DNA from: an uncultured delta proteobacterium
GTDB taxonomy: Bacteria; Desulfobacterota; Binatia; HRBIN30; BPIQ01
Direction: 5' to 3'
NCBI GenBank assembly: GCA_963761335.1
Contig: CAVXGR010000018.1
Coordinates: 512,001 to 576,000, forward strand
Length of the DNA stretch: 64,000 nucleotides
Shown: positions 38,565 through 47,224 of the stretch, one piece after another
Layout: every line of letters begins with the position of its first letter
Numbering within the stretch: position 1 is the stretch's first letter
Program-made: the position numbers and the translations under genes
The notes under the pieces: generated by a model
Told to the model about the DNA's origin: nothing
The model's database searches: none
What the model saw: the letters and a program-made list of their open reading frames with translations, nothing else

Positions 38565-40280
38565 TCAGTCCGCCTTGTCGCGGAAGAGCTCGGCAGTATT
38601 CTTCTGGGCCGGGGCGCTGAACGACGCCTCCCAGCACACCGGGGGGACGGCGTCGTTGACGAGCTGGACGCGGACGCGGCTGTCCTGGTTGAACATCTCG
38701 AAGCCGGCCGGCGGCGGCAGGACCAGGCGGGGCCCCTTCGCCTTCACGAGGATGTGCGCTCTGCCCCCGGTTCCCTCCTTGAGGAGGATCTTGAACAGCC
38801 CGTCGGGAGTCACCAGGCTGTCGGAATAGCGGAACCCGCCGTGCACCTCCTTCCAGCAGGGCTTGTTGTTGCAGCTGCCCCCGGCGGGAGCCCGAGCGCT
38901 GAGCACCAGGGCCGGAACGCTACCGGTCTCGTCGTAGACGCACAGCGAGTAGTTGGTGTCGGCGACCGGATTGCCGAAGTCGAGCGCCGTCGTGTCGGCT
39001 CCCTTGATCCATTTCCAGGTGAGCCGATCCCGGAACTGGTCCGGCTTGTTCTTGACGATCAGTCGCGCCTTCTGGGAGACGATCGGGGTACGGCAGCCGC
39101 TGATCGGCGCCGCCTGACACAGCGAGATCGGCGTCGGCGTCGGCGACGGCGAGGGGGTCGGCAGCGGCGGTCCGCATGTTCCGGCACCGGTGCAAGCGCC
39201 GGTGCCGCCCGCGCAGGAGGTGCCCACCGACTTGTTCGGGTGCGTGCAGTCGGTGGAGACGCCGTCGCAGACGTCATCGGTGCACTCGTTGCCGTCGTCC
39301 GCGCAGCCGAAGCCCGCGCTCGAGATGATGTCGGCCGGGCACTGGCCGCCGGCGCCGTCACAGGTCTCGACCGGGTCACAGGCTCCCGCCGAGGCGCGAC
39401 ACTCGGTGTTCGCCGGCAGGAGCTGGCAGGTCGGGGAGCAGCAGCTGCCGGCGGTGCCGTTGGCGCTGCCCTGGTCGCACTGCTCGCCCGCGTCGATGGT
39501 GCCGTTGCCGCAGAGGCACTCGAGCGTCGCGGTGACGATGTGGCCGTCGTCGGTCGCCGTACGCGAGCCCACGCCGGGATAGTCGTCGGCGCTGATCCCG
39601 TCCGTCGGACAACCGGACCAGTCGTTGACGTCAAGGCCGAGGCGCACGGCGCATTCCATGCCGCAGGTGAAGGCGGTGGCATTGCTGGCGCAGCTGCCGG
39701 TCCAGTTGAAGGTCAGCGAGTGCGACTGCGGCGAGCCGCTGCTCGTTCCGGTGATCACCGCGCTCTCGCTGCGGTCGATGGTCACGTATTGGTTTCCTCC
39801 GGCGCCGCTGAGGCCGCCCGGATCGGTGATGCTCAGGTTGCCGGAGAGAGCGCCGCCGCTCTGCGCGCCGGTGATCGGGCTGAGATCGGACGACGCCGTA
39901 CCGGCCACGCCGCAGCCCGAGGAGTCGTCCACATGCGTGAAGGCGCCCCTGAGGTTGGTATCGACGGTGATCCGGTAGCCTCCCGGAGGGCAGATGACGT
40001 CGAAGCTGAGCGTGTAGCTGCTGATCAGAGAGGTGCTGATGGGGGTGGTCAGGCGGGCGTCGGCAGCAATCAGCTCGGCGAAGCGCGTGGTGAACGAGTC
40101 GGCGGTCTGCGACACGACGCCGAGGGTCGTACGGGTTTGCGTGCAGCTCGGACAGCAGCCGCTGCTGGTTCCGCCGCCGCTGTTGTTGGTGAGCGTCAGC
40201 CCGGAGATGCTGCCGTTCGCCTGCGTGCTCGCAGGCGCGGCGACGGCGATGATGAGCAGAAGCGTGTACAGGCGATTCAT
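38565..40280 (-). CDS. Exported Cys-rich protein with disintegrin-like repeats, PT linker and C-terminal beta domain
   Basis: Signal peptide, CGNGTIDAGEQCD, CRASAGACDPVETCDG, PTPSPSPTPTP, Lys-rich C-terminal domain. Confidence 0.85.
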   Translation of the reverse strand: MNRLYTLLLIIAVAAPASTQANGSISGLTLTNNSGGGTSSGCCPSCTQTRTTLGVVSQTADSFTTRFAELIAADARLTTPISTSLISSYTLSFDVICPPGGYRITVDTNLRGAFTHVDDSSGCGVAGTASSDLSPITGAQSGGALSGNLSITDPGGLSGAGGNQYVTIDRSESAVITGTSSGSPQSHSLTFNWTGSCASNATAFTCGMECAVRLGLDVNDWSGCPTDGISADDYPGVGSRTATDDGHIVTATLECLCGNGTIDAGEQCDQGSANGTAGSCCSPTCQLLPANTECRASAGACDPVETCDGAGGQCPADIISSAGFGCADDGNECTDDVCDGVSTDCTHPNKSVGTSCAGGTGACTGAGTCGPPLPTPSPSPTPTPISLCQAAPISGCRTPIVSQKARLIVKNKPDQFRDRLTWKWIKGADTTALDFGNPVADTNYSLCVYDETGSVPALVLSARAPAGGSCNNKPCWKEVHGGFRYSDSLVTPDGLFKILLKEGTGGRAHILVKAKGPRLVLPPPAGFEMFNQDSRVRVQLVNDAVPPVCWEASFSAPAQKNTAELFRDKAD

Positions 40281-40419
40281 TTGCCAATCCCCCCCGAGGA
40301 GCGACGAGCGATCCGCTCTATCTTGTGGCCAGGTGTGAACGATTGTTAACCCAACTCTCGTACCATGAGCGGGCGCCTACTGACAACGACGAAATCTCGG
40401 CGGCACCGCAGGCATTCTT

Positions 40420-40546
40420 CATTCTCATTCCCGGTTCTCATCCGTCGTTTTCCATTGTCTGCGAGTGCCTGAATCAGCAGCTGCGGGTTGGCGACTCCGG
40501 CTGCAGAACGAATGGAAAACGACAAGAGAGGAATGAGAACCGGGAA
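40420..40546. repeat. Second copy of the CATTCTCAT..CCGGTTCTCAT inverted repeat family
   Basis: Arms similar to 5575-5712, with a different loop. Confidence 0.7.
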
Positions 40547-40569
40547 GGCGGCGGTCCCCACCCCGCAGC

Positions 40570-41544
40570 TCAGCGGGTGCGCAGGATGTTGGCGATCGGC
40601 TCCCAGCGAAGCGAGGCGGCGTAGTTGAACTCGACGCGCGAGGCGCCCCAGCACTGCTCGCAGCCGGTGCCGGCGGTGCGCGCCAGCGCCTCCTCCAAGC
40701 CGTGGGTGCGAACGTTGAACACCTCGCGGGGGCGCTCGACGTCGGTGCAGGCGAGCACGTCGCCGTTGGCCTGAATGCGGAAGTAGAGCCTTCCCGCTTG
40801 GCAGGGAATGGCGTGGGTATCGGGAAAGGCGGCGAGGTGCTCGAGCGCCGTGCGCGAGCTGATGAGGTGGGGATTGCGCCGCTTCTCCTCGATCAGTCGC
40901 CCCATGATGCGCCGGTACTCGTCGGCCGGCGGGGTGATCGGATCGGGAAGCTGTGAGCCGAGCCGCTCGAGGCGCGCCGGCTGGAAGGTGATCTGCACGT
41001 CGTGGCGCGCCGCGGTTTCGAGCAACCAGTCGACGGCGCCGAGGTTGCGGGCCGAGAGGACCGCGGTGAGCGCCACCTTGATCCCGTGCGCGCGCGCCGT
41101 GCGCAGCGCCTCCATCACCTGGCGATGTGAGCCGCGCCCGCGGGCCGCATCGTGGACGGCTTCGTCGCCGTCCAGGCTCAGCGTCAGCGTCGACACGCGG
41201 CGCAGGAGATCGATCTTCTCGGGCACGAAGGTGCCGTTGGTGTTGAGCGAATGGATGAAGCCGAGATCGGCGGTGTGCGCCAGTATCTCGCCGATGTCCT
41301 CGCGCAGCAGGGGTTCGCCACCGGTGTAGTTCAGGTACACCGTGCCGGCTCTCTTGAGCCCGTCGAGTGTCGAGATGACCTCCGCGGTGGTCATCTCGTC
41401 GGTGCGCACCAGCGGGATGTAGCAGTACTGGCAGCGCAGATTGCAGCGGTTGAGCAGCCGAAAGCTCACCACCAGCGGCACCCGCCGCCCCATCCCGGCG
41501 CGCGCCACCGCGCCTGCACATCCAATCGCCTGACCGAGCTTCAT
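40570..41544 (-). CDS. Radical SAM protein with SPASM/twitch-like C-terminus
   Basis: CNLRCQYC, TGGEPLL, LNTNG, SLDG, CQAG..GDVLAC..CEQC. Confidence 0.9.
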   Translation of the reverse strand: MKLGQAIGCAGAVARAGMGRRVPLVVSFRLLNRCNLRCQYCYIPLVRTDEMTTAEVISTLDGLKRAGTVYLNYTGGEPLLREDIGEILAHTADLGFIHSLNTNGTFVPEKIDLLRRVSTLTLSLDGDEAVHDAARGRGSHRQVMEALRTARAHGIKVALTAVLSARNLGAVDWLLETAARHDVQITFQPARLERLGSQLPDPITPPADEYRRIMGRLIEEKRRNPHLISSRTALEHLAAFPDTHAIPCQAGRLYFRIQANGDVLACTDVERPREVFNVRTHGLEEALARTAGTGCEQCWGASRVEFNYAASLRWEPIANILRTR

Positions 41545-41601
41545 GGATGTGGCCCGTTCATCGGCGCGCTGTAGAGCGGGAACGCGTCGCCCCGGGTGCC
41601 A

Positions 41602-41902
41602 GAGGCTGTCTCAAAACTGTGCCCGCGCCCCTGGCGGGGCGCAGCGGGTAGTGCCGGCGTTGTTCCCCGGGTTGCACCCGGGCTACATGCCCGCGCCGCT
41701 CCGCGGCGCGATCCGTGAGGAGCCTGGCCGCTCCTCTCCGGCTGAACCCGGCTTCCCCGGGATTGCACCCGCGGCCCAGGGCTTGGACATGGTTCGCCCC
41801 GGAGGGGCGCAGGCGTGTAGCCCCGGGTCGAAGACCCGGGGATCCCGAAGCCAGCCCCGTGGCGCCCCGCCAGGGGCGCGGGCACGGTTTTGAGACAGCC
41901 TC
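41602..41902. mobile_element. MITE-like element with long terminal inverted repeats
   Basis: GAGGCTGTCTCAAAACTGTGCCCGCGCCCCTGGCGGGGCG ... CGCCCCGCCAGGGGCGCGGGCACGGTTTTGAGACAGCCTC; no ORF of note inside. Confidence 0.7.
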
Positions 41903-42073
41903 AGAAAGCTGGGGAACTGCCATGCCGTTCTTGATGCCGCGCCCCGCGGGGCGCGGGCGCGTCCGAACACACGGCGCTGCGGCGATATACCCGTCGGTGA
42001 GGGGTCAATTGCATGCTCCGAGCTCGAGGATACGTCATCACGACCGCGGACGGGAGCGGAAACTGGCGCCTGC

Positions 42074-43318
42074 TCATCGACTGCCCTCGAGGCGCCGCAG
42101 GGCGTCGCGCATCAGACGCACGTCGGTATCGGTGATTCCGTCGAACCACGGCAGCTGAATGGCATTTTCCCCGAGCGCTGCGGCGACCGGGCAGCCGGCG
42201 GCGTCGCCCCAGGCGATCATCGGAGAGGGCAAAGCGTCGACGCCGGCGGCCGCCAGCCGGCGCAGGGCGGCGTCGCGATCGGAGACCACCGCGATCTGCG
42301 CGTACTCGGCCGACTCGGCGAGCACCTCCGCGGCGAAGAGAAGCCCGGCTGGCAGCCCCTCGGCGAGCACCCGCGCCAGCCGGCGGCGCTCCGCGAGGCG
42401 CCCGGGCAGCGAGGCGAGCTGCCGCAGCCCGGCTCGCAGGAACGGTGCGCTGGGCACCGATGGCGAACGCGGCGCCGCCGGATCGGCGCCGTCGGCGCCG
42501 CGCTTGAGGAAGGGGCGGATGTGCCGTTTGTAGAACGGGATGGCACCCCCGCCGGCGCTCAGATGGACGAAGGCGCGATGTCCTATGGCGTTGTAGATCG
42601 CCGGGGTGGTGGCTGTCTCCAGGGCGGTCGCTCCGAGAAGGCGTGTCAGGGAGGTCAGGATGCCGGCCGGCGCACAGGGCTGCGCCGCCTTGCGCACCGC
42701 CGCCGCCAGCGCCGCATCCGCGGAGTGGGCGATGCCGCCGCCGCCGCAGTCGATGAGCTTGAAGGGCGCCAGGCTGGTGAACGAGGCGGTCACCAGGCTG
42801 CGCACCGCCGGCATCGCGAACGGCGCAATCGGTGCGTGCGCGCAGTCCTCGATCAGGGCGACGCCGTGCCGCGCCGCGATGGCGCCGATGGCCTCGATCG
42901 GCGCCGGCCGCCCGAAGAGGTGGATGACGGCCAGCGCCACGACGTCCGGCCCCAGCAGGGCATCGATTCGTTGCGGATCGATGGCGCCGTCGAGACGCCG
43001 CACGTCGCAGGCGACCGGTTCGAGCCCGAGCGAGGTGACCACTTCGAGCAGGCTGCGGTCCGCATACGCCGGCAGGACGACGCGGCGCTGGCCGGGGCGG
43101 GCGATCGCCTCGAGCAGGAAGCGGAAGGCGTCGCGCCCCGAAGGCACGAGAACCGCCGATCCGCCGCCGTTGGCGGCAGCGTAGGCCTCCTCGAGGCGCG
43201 TGCGTTCCGCCTCGAACTCGTCTGGCCCGCGCCTCCAGGCGCCGAGGATCTCGCGCATCGGCGGTCGCTGGCGCGCCGGACGCAGCGCCGGGACGGCTGT
43301 TCTCGGGAATCGGGGCAC
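42074..43318 (-). CDS. DegT/DnrJ/EryC1/StrS family PLP aminotransferase
   Basis: PSGRDA, IHLFG, LIEDCAHA, SLAPFK..GGGG (PLP Lys), IQLP. Confidence 0.85.
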   Translation of the reverse strand: MPRFPRTAVPALRPARQRPPMREILGAWRRGPDEFEAERTRLEEAYAAANGGGSAVLVPSGRDAFRFLLEAIARPGQRRVVLPAYADRSLLEVVTSLGLEPVACDVRRLDGAIDPQRIDALLGPDVVALAVIHLFGRPAPIEAIGAIAARHGVALIEDCAHAPIAPFAMPAVRSLVTASFTSLAPFKLIDCGGGGIAHSADAALAAAVRKAAQPCAPAGILTSLTRLLGATALETATTPAIYNAIGHRAFVHLSAGGGAIPFYKRHIRPFLKRGADGADPAAPRSPSVPSAPFLRAGLRQLASLPGRLAERRRLARVLAEGLPAGLLFAAEVLAESAEYAQIAVVSDRDAALRRLAAAGVDALPSPMIAWGDAAGCPVAAALGENAIQLPWFDGITDTDVRLMRDALRRLEGSR

Positions 43319-43349
43319 GCCGGAAGCTCGCCCGAAGCGGCGGCGCCCG

Positions 43350-44303
43350 TCAAGCCGCCGCGGGCACCAGCAACCGGCGGAGGAGCGGACGCACGAAGGC
43401 GATCCCCGCGACTGCCGGCGCCAACTTCACTACCGCCGAGGAAGCCAGCCCCGCGGCCAGCAGCTCCGCGGGAGCGCCATATGGAGCCAGTAGGAAGGTG
43501 ATCGCCGCCTCGCGAATGCCGAGCCCCATCGGGGTCGCCGGCAGGCCGGCTGCGAAGACGACCATGGGCACGAAGAGCACCATTGCCGAGAGGGGTACCT
43601 GCAGGTGAAAGGCGCGCAGCACCAGCCCGTACGCGCCGAGCTCGAGGATCACCAGAACGGCCGTCCAGGCGGCGACGGCCGGCGCCTGTTCCCAGACCCA
43701 CGGGGGCTGCGCGTCGCCGAGGCGGTGCCGCCATCGTTCGAGGCGCGGCCGCCACACCGCCAGCGCCACGATCGGAATGATTGCCAGCGCGGCGGCCAGC
43801 AGGCCGAGCGCTCCCTCTCGCAGCGCCAGGCCGACCGCCACCAGGACCGCCAGAGCGCCGGCGTCGCTGCCGGCATCGATGATCGCCAAGATTCCGGCGC
43901 GGGCGATGGAGAGCCCGAAGCGGCGATTCAGATACGAGATGCGCAGCAGCTCGCCCGACTTGAAGGGGATGAGCTGGCGCACCGGATAGGTGCCCATGCG
44001 CAACACGGTGGTCTCCCACATCCCGGCGGGCGTTCCGAGCAGCGCCAGGATGCGGCGGAGCTTTGCGGAGGAGACGACGATCTCCGCCACCAGGCTGGCG
44101 GCGACCGCGGCGCCGAGGAGCCAGGGATCGGCGCGGGTCGCGGCATCCCTCAGGGCATCGAGACGCGTGTTGCGGCAGAGCAGAGCGAGGATGGCCGCCA
44201 CCGCAAGCCATCCGGCGGCCCCCACCAGCAGCGGCCGACGGTTGGAGTTCCCTCTCCCCGCATTTTCGCGGGGAGAGGGCAGGGTGAGGGGTTCCTGTTT
44301 CAC
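43350..44303 (-). CDS. Lysylphosphatidylglycerol-synthase TM / flippase-like protein
   Basis: Multi-TM, LIPFKSGELLR and LPATPMGLGIRE motifs; true start uncertain because it overlaps a repeat. Confidence 0.8.
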   Translation of the reverse strand: MKQEPLTLPSPRENAGRGNSNRRPLLVGAAGWLAVAAILALLCRNTRLDALRDAATRADPWLLGAAVAASLVAEIVVSSAKLRRILALLGTPAGMWETTVLRMGTYPVRQLIPFKSGELLRISYLNRRFGLSIARAGILAIIDAGSDAGALAVLVAVGLALREGALGLLAAALAIIPIVALAVWRPRLERWRHRLGDAQPPWVWEQAPAVAAWTAVLVILELGAYGLVLRAFHLQVPLSAMVLFVPMVVFAAGLPATPMGLGIREAAITFLLAPYGAPAELLAAGLASSAVVKLAPAVAGIAFVRPLLRRLLVPAAA

Positions 44304-44384
44304 TGAAGCTCGAGAATTTTCGCGGCGCTCAATGAGGCGGCACCCTCATCCTGGCCTTCTCCCGCAGAGAATGCGGGAGAAGGG
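44250..44384. repeat. CCCTCTCCC..GGGAGAGGG palindromic repeat pair
   Basis: CCCTCTCCCCGCATTTTCGCGGGGAGAGGGCAGGGTGAGGGG plus an inverted degenerate copy. Confidence 0.75.
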
Positions 44385-44421
44385 ACCCACGCCCGCATCG
44401 CTCTGCCGATTGCGACATCCG

Positions 44422-45181
44422 TCAATCGGTGCCCGGTGCCGCTGGCGTGCTGCGCCGGTGGTTCGCGTAGATCTGATCACGCCAGGTGAGCAGGTCGGGA
44501 TACTCGCCGGCGAGCCGCTCCTGGGTGCGCGCCGCGCGAGTCGCCGGGCCGAGCCGCAGATAGGCGTCGTCAACCGGCTGCACGTAGGAGAGTGCCGTCG
44601 CCATGGCGACGTCGGCGTAGGAGAAGCGGTTGCCGAGCAGGTAGCTGCCCTCTCCGAGCCCGGCACGCAGCTCGTCGAGGGCCCGGCGCAGCGCCAGCTC
44701 GGCGACCTCGACGGCGGGCGCGTCGAGAGCGAGAGTGCCCAGGCGGCGCCGCATCCGCGCTCGCGCCAGCGGCCGAAATAGTGGACGCACGGCGGCCGGG
44801 ATCTCCGCGGGCAGGGTCTCGTCGATCGCCGCGCCGTTGTCCTCGGCGAGCCTCCGGGCGGCAAGTGTGCGCCCGGCGACGATGGCGCGATCGGCGCAGC
44901 TTGTTCCAGCGGACGACGGCGGTGATCCCGGGAATCATGCGCGCCCGCGTACCGGCGCGTTCGGCGTGCTGCACGATCTGAAAGGACCCGGCGATCACCT
45001 GGCTGCCGTCGCGCATGACCGGCAGCAGGATGCGGCCGGTCGGCTGCCGGGCGAACAGGCGCAGCCACGGCAGGCCGAGGACGGGGCGGTAGACGGTGTA
45101 GCGGTAGCGGATGCCGTGGTGATCCAGCATCCACTGGGCCCGCTCCGACCACGGCGACCACGGCAGCCCGACGAAGTGCAT
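44422..45181 (-). pseudogene. Glutathione S-transferase family protein, one frameshift near 44896
   Basis: N-half SPWSERAQWMLDHHG..LPV..GSFQI and C-half YLLGNRFSYADVAMA..WRDQIY are in different frames. Confidence 0.75.
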
Positions 45182-45247
45182 GCCGGCCGCCGGGGAGGTC
45201 CGACCCGGGACCTCCCGAGGCAACACCGCGGCCGGGGTATTTTCATT

Positions 45248-45277
45248 TTGACACTCCTGGAGCGATCGCATTAGACT
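45248..45277 (+). promoter_or_regulatory. Putative sigma70 promoter, near-leaderless
   Basis: TTGACA-18 bp-TAGACT, 10 nt before ATG 45288. Confidence 0.6.
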
Positions 45278-45287
45278 GAGAAGATCA

Positions 45288-47168
45288 ATGAAGCTTGCGT
45301 TTGTGTACCCTACCTTCCACACGCAGATTTTCAATGAAAATCTGCCGACCGTGGACGACGAGTTCGGCCTTTTTCCGCACCTCGGCTTCGGCTGGGCCTC
45401 GCGTGTGGCCAAGGAGCTCGGCTGGGAGGTGCGCCTCTTCGACGGCCTCGCCAACCGCTCGCCCGTCGAGGACGTCATCGAGATGGTGCGCGAGTGGAAT
45501 CCGGATCTGGTCGGGTTCTCGGCGCACGCCTGCCAGACGTTCCGCTTCATGCTCGGCTGGGCGAAGCGCATCAAGGAGGAGACGGGGCTGCCGACACTGG
45601 TCGGCGGCTATGAGGCGAAGGCCTATCCGGAAGAGGTCATGGCCAACGGGTGCTTCGACTACCTGTGCGCCGGTGAGAACATCAGCTTCCTGCGCGAGTT
45701 TCTCCCCGCCTTCGAGAAGGGGCGCGGTTACGAGTCGGTGGCGGATCTCTACTACTGGGATCGCGGCCAGCTCCGCCACACGGCGCCGCGGACGACCAAG
45801 CTGGCATTCTCCGAGTTCCCCTTTCCCGATCGCAGCATCTATCCCAACCACCTCTACTACTCGCACGTCTCGCAGCGGCGCTACTTCACCATCGGCATGA
45901 GCGAGGTCGGCTGCCCGTACCCGTGCTCCTTCTGCTGCATGCGCACCAGCGGCTTCGACGCGCGCTCGCCGGCGCAGCTGATCGAGGAGATGGAGGAGTG
46001 CATCGCCCTCGGCATCCACGAGATCGACTGGTTCGATCCGCTGATGCTGCACAACCGCGAGCGCATGCTGGAGTTGGCCCGCGAGCACCGCCGGCGCAAC
46101 CTCGACATCATCTGGTCGTGCCGCTCGCGCATCGACTCGCTGTCCTTTCACCGCTCCGACGGCAAGGTCGACGAGGAGCTCATCCGCACCATCGCCGAGG
46201 GCGGTTGCCGGCGCATCTTCTTCGGCATCGAGTCCGGCGACGACGAGATCCTGGCGGCGATGATGAAGGGGCAGAGGGCGACCAGCCAGATCCGCAAGGT
46301 GCTCGACTGCGTCAAGGAGCACGGCATCATGGCGCTGGGCTTCTTCATCCTGGGAGCGCCCGACGACACCATCGAGACCTGCAAGAAGACCATCGACTTC
46401 TCGCTGACGCTGCCGCTCTCCTACGCGCAGTTCCAGCTGGCGATCATCAAGCCGCACACCGAGCTGGAGAAGCGCCACATCATCGATGCCACCGGCATCG
46501 ACTACTGGCGCGAGTACATGCGCGGCACGGTGGACGAGCACCTCCTGCCGACGCCGTGGACCAAGCTCAGTCGCCCCGAGCTCGAGCGCCTGGCGCGCAG
46601 CGCCTATTTCCGCTTCTACAGCCGGCCCCGGTACGCCCTGCCCATGCTCTTCCGCATCGAGTCGTTCGACGAGCTGCAGCGCTATTTCCGCGTCGGCGTG
46701 CAGCTGGCGCTGCGGCCCTTGCGGCCGCCCACGGGCAAGAAGCTGCCGGCCTGGCGCCGCGCCCTGCGGGCCAGCGGTACCTTCACCGAGGCACTGATGA
46801 CCGCGGCCAACCCCGGAGCGCGCCACCCGGTGTTCCGCGCCGGAGGCGGCGTCAAGGGCGCTTACCGCCTGGCGAAGGCGGAGTACCACCGCTCGATCTC
46901 CGACCCGATGCTCACCGTCGATCGCGCCCGGGAGCTGCTCAGGCAGATCACCGCGAACGGCGGCACCATCTCGCCGGCGACGCCGAAGGTGGCGAACAAT
47001 CGCTACCTGCCGGTGATGGACCAGCTGCGCGACGCGGCGCGCCGAGAGGCAGCGGCGCGCAACGGCAACGGGAATGGCAACGGGAATGGGTCCGCTGTGG
47101 CGAAACGCGCCGGCGAGGCGGCAGCGGAGCCCTCGGTGACGCTTCCCGTCGTCGGCGAGAGCGCCTGA
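45288..47168 (+). CDS. B12-binding radical SAM protein (class B methylase-like)
   Basis: N-terminal cobalamin-binding fold, GCPYPCSFC, FFGIESG, FFILGAP. Confidence 0.9.
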   Translation: MKLAFVYPTFHTQIFNENLPTVDDEFGLFPHLGFGWASRVAKELGWEVRLFDGLANRSPVEDVIEMVREWNPDLVGFSAHACQTFRFMLGWAKRIKEETGLPTLVGGYEAKAYPEEVMANGCFDYLCAGENISFLREFLPAFEKGRGYESVADLYYWDRGQLRHTAPRTTKLAFSEFPFPDRSIYPNHLYYSHVSQRRYFTIGMSEVGCPYPCSFCCMRTSGFDARSPAQLIEEMEECIALGIHEIDWFDPLMLHNRERMLELAREHRRRNLDIIWSCRSRIDSLSFHRSDGKVDEELIRTIAEGGCRRIFFGIESGDDEILAAMMKGQRATSQIRKVLDCVKEHGIMALGFFILGAPDDTIETCKKTIDFSLTLPLSYAQFQLAIIKPHTELEKRHIIDATGIDYWREYMRGTVDEHLLPTPWTKLSRPELERLARSAYFRFYSRPRYALPMLFRIESFDELQRYFRVGVQLALRPLRPPTGKKLPAWRRALRASGTFTEALMTAANPGARHPVFRAGGGVKGAYRLAKAEYHRSISDPMLTVDRARELLRQITANGGTISPATPKVANNRYLPVMDQLRDAARREAAARNGNGNGNGNGSAVAKRAGEAAAEPSVTLPVVGESA

Positions 47169-47224
47169 CGAGTGCCCCCGTCCTCAGCCCTCGGATGGGA
47201 GATCTGCCGGTCAAGGGCGAGCGG

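Noticed and set aside
47061..47090. NGNGNGNG low-complexity run in the B12-rSAM tail
   Set aside because: A short disordered linker with no evidence of function.
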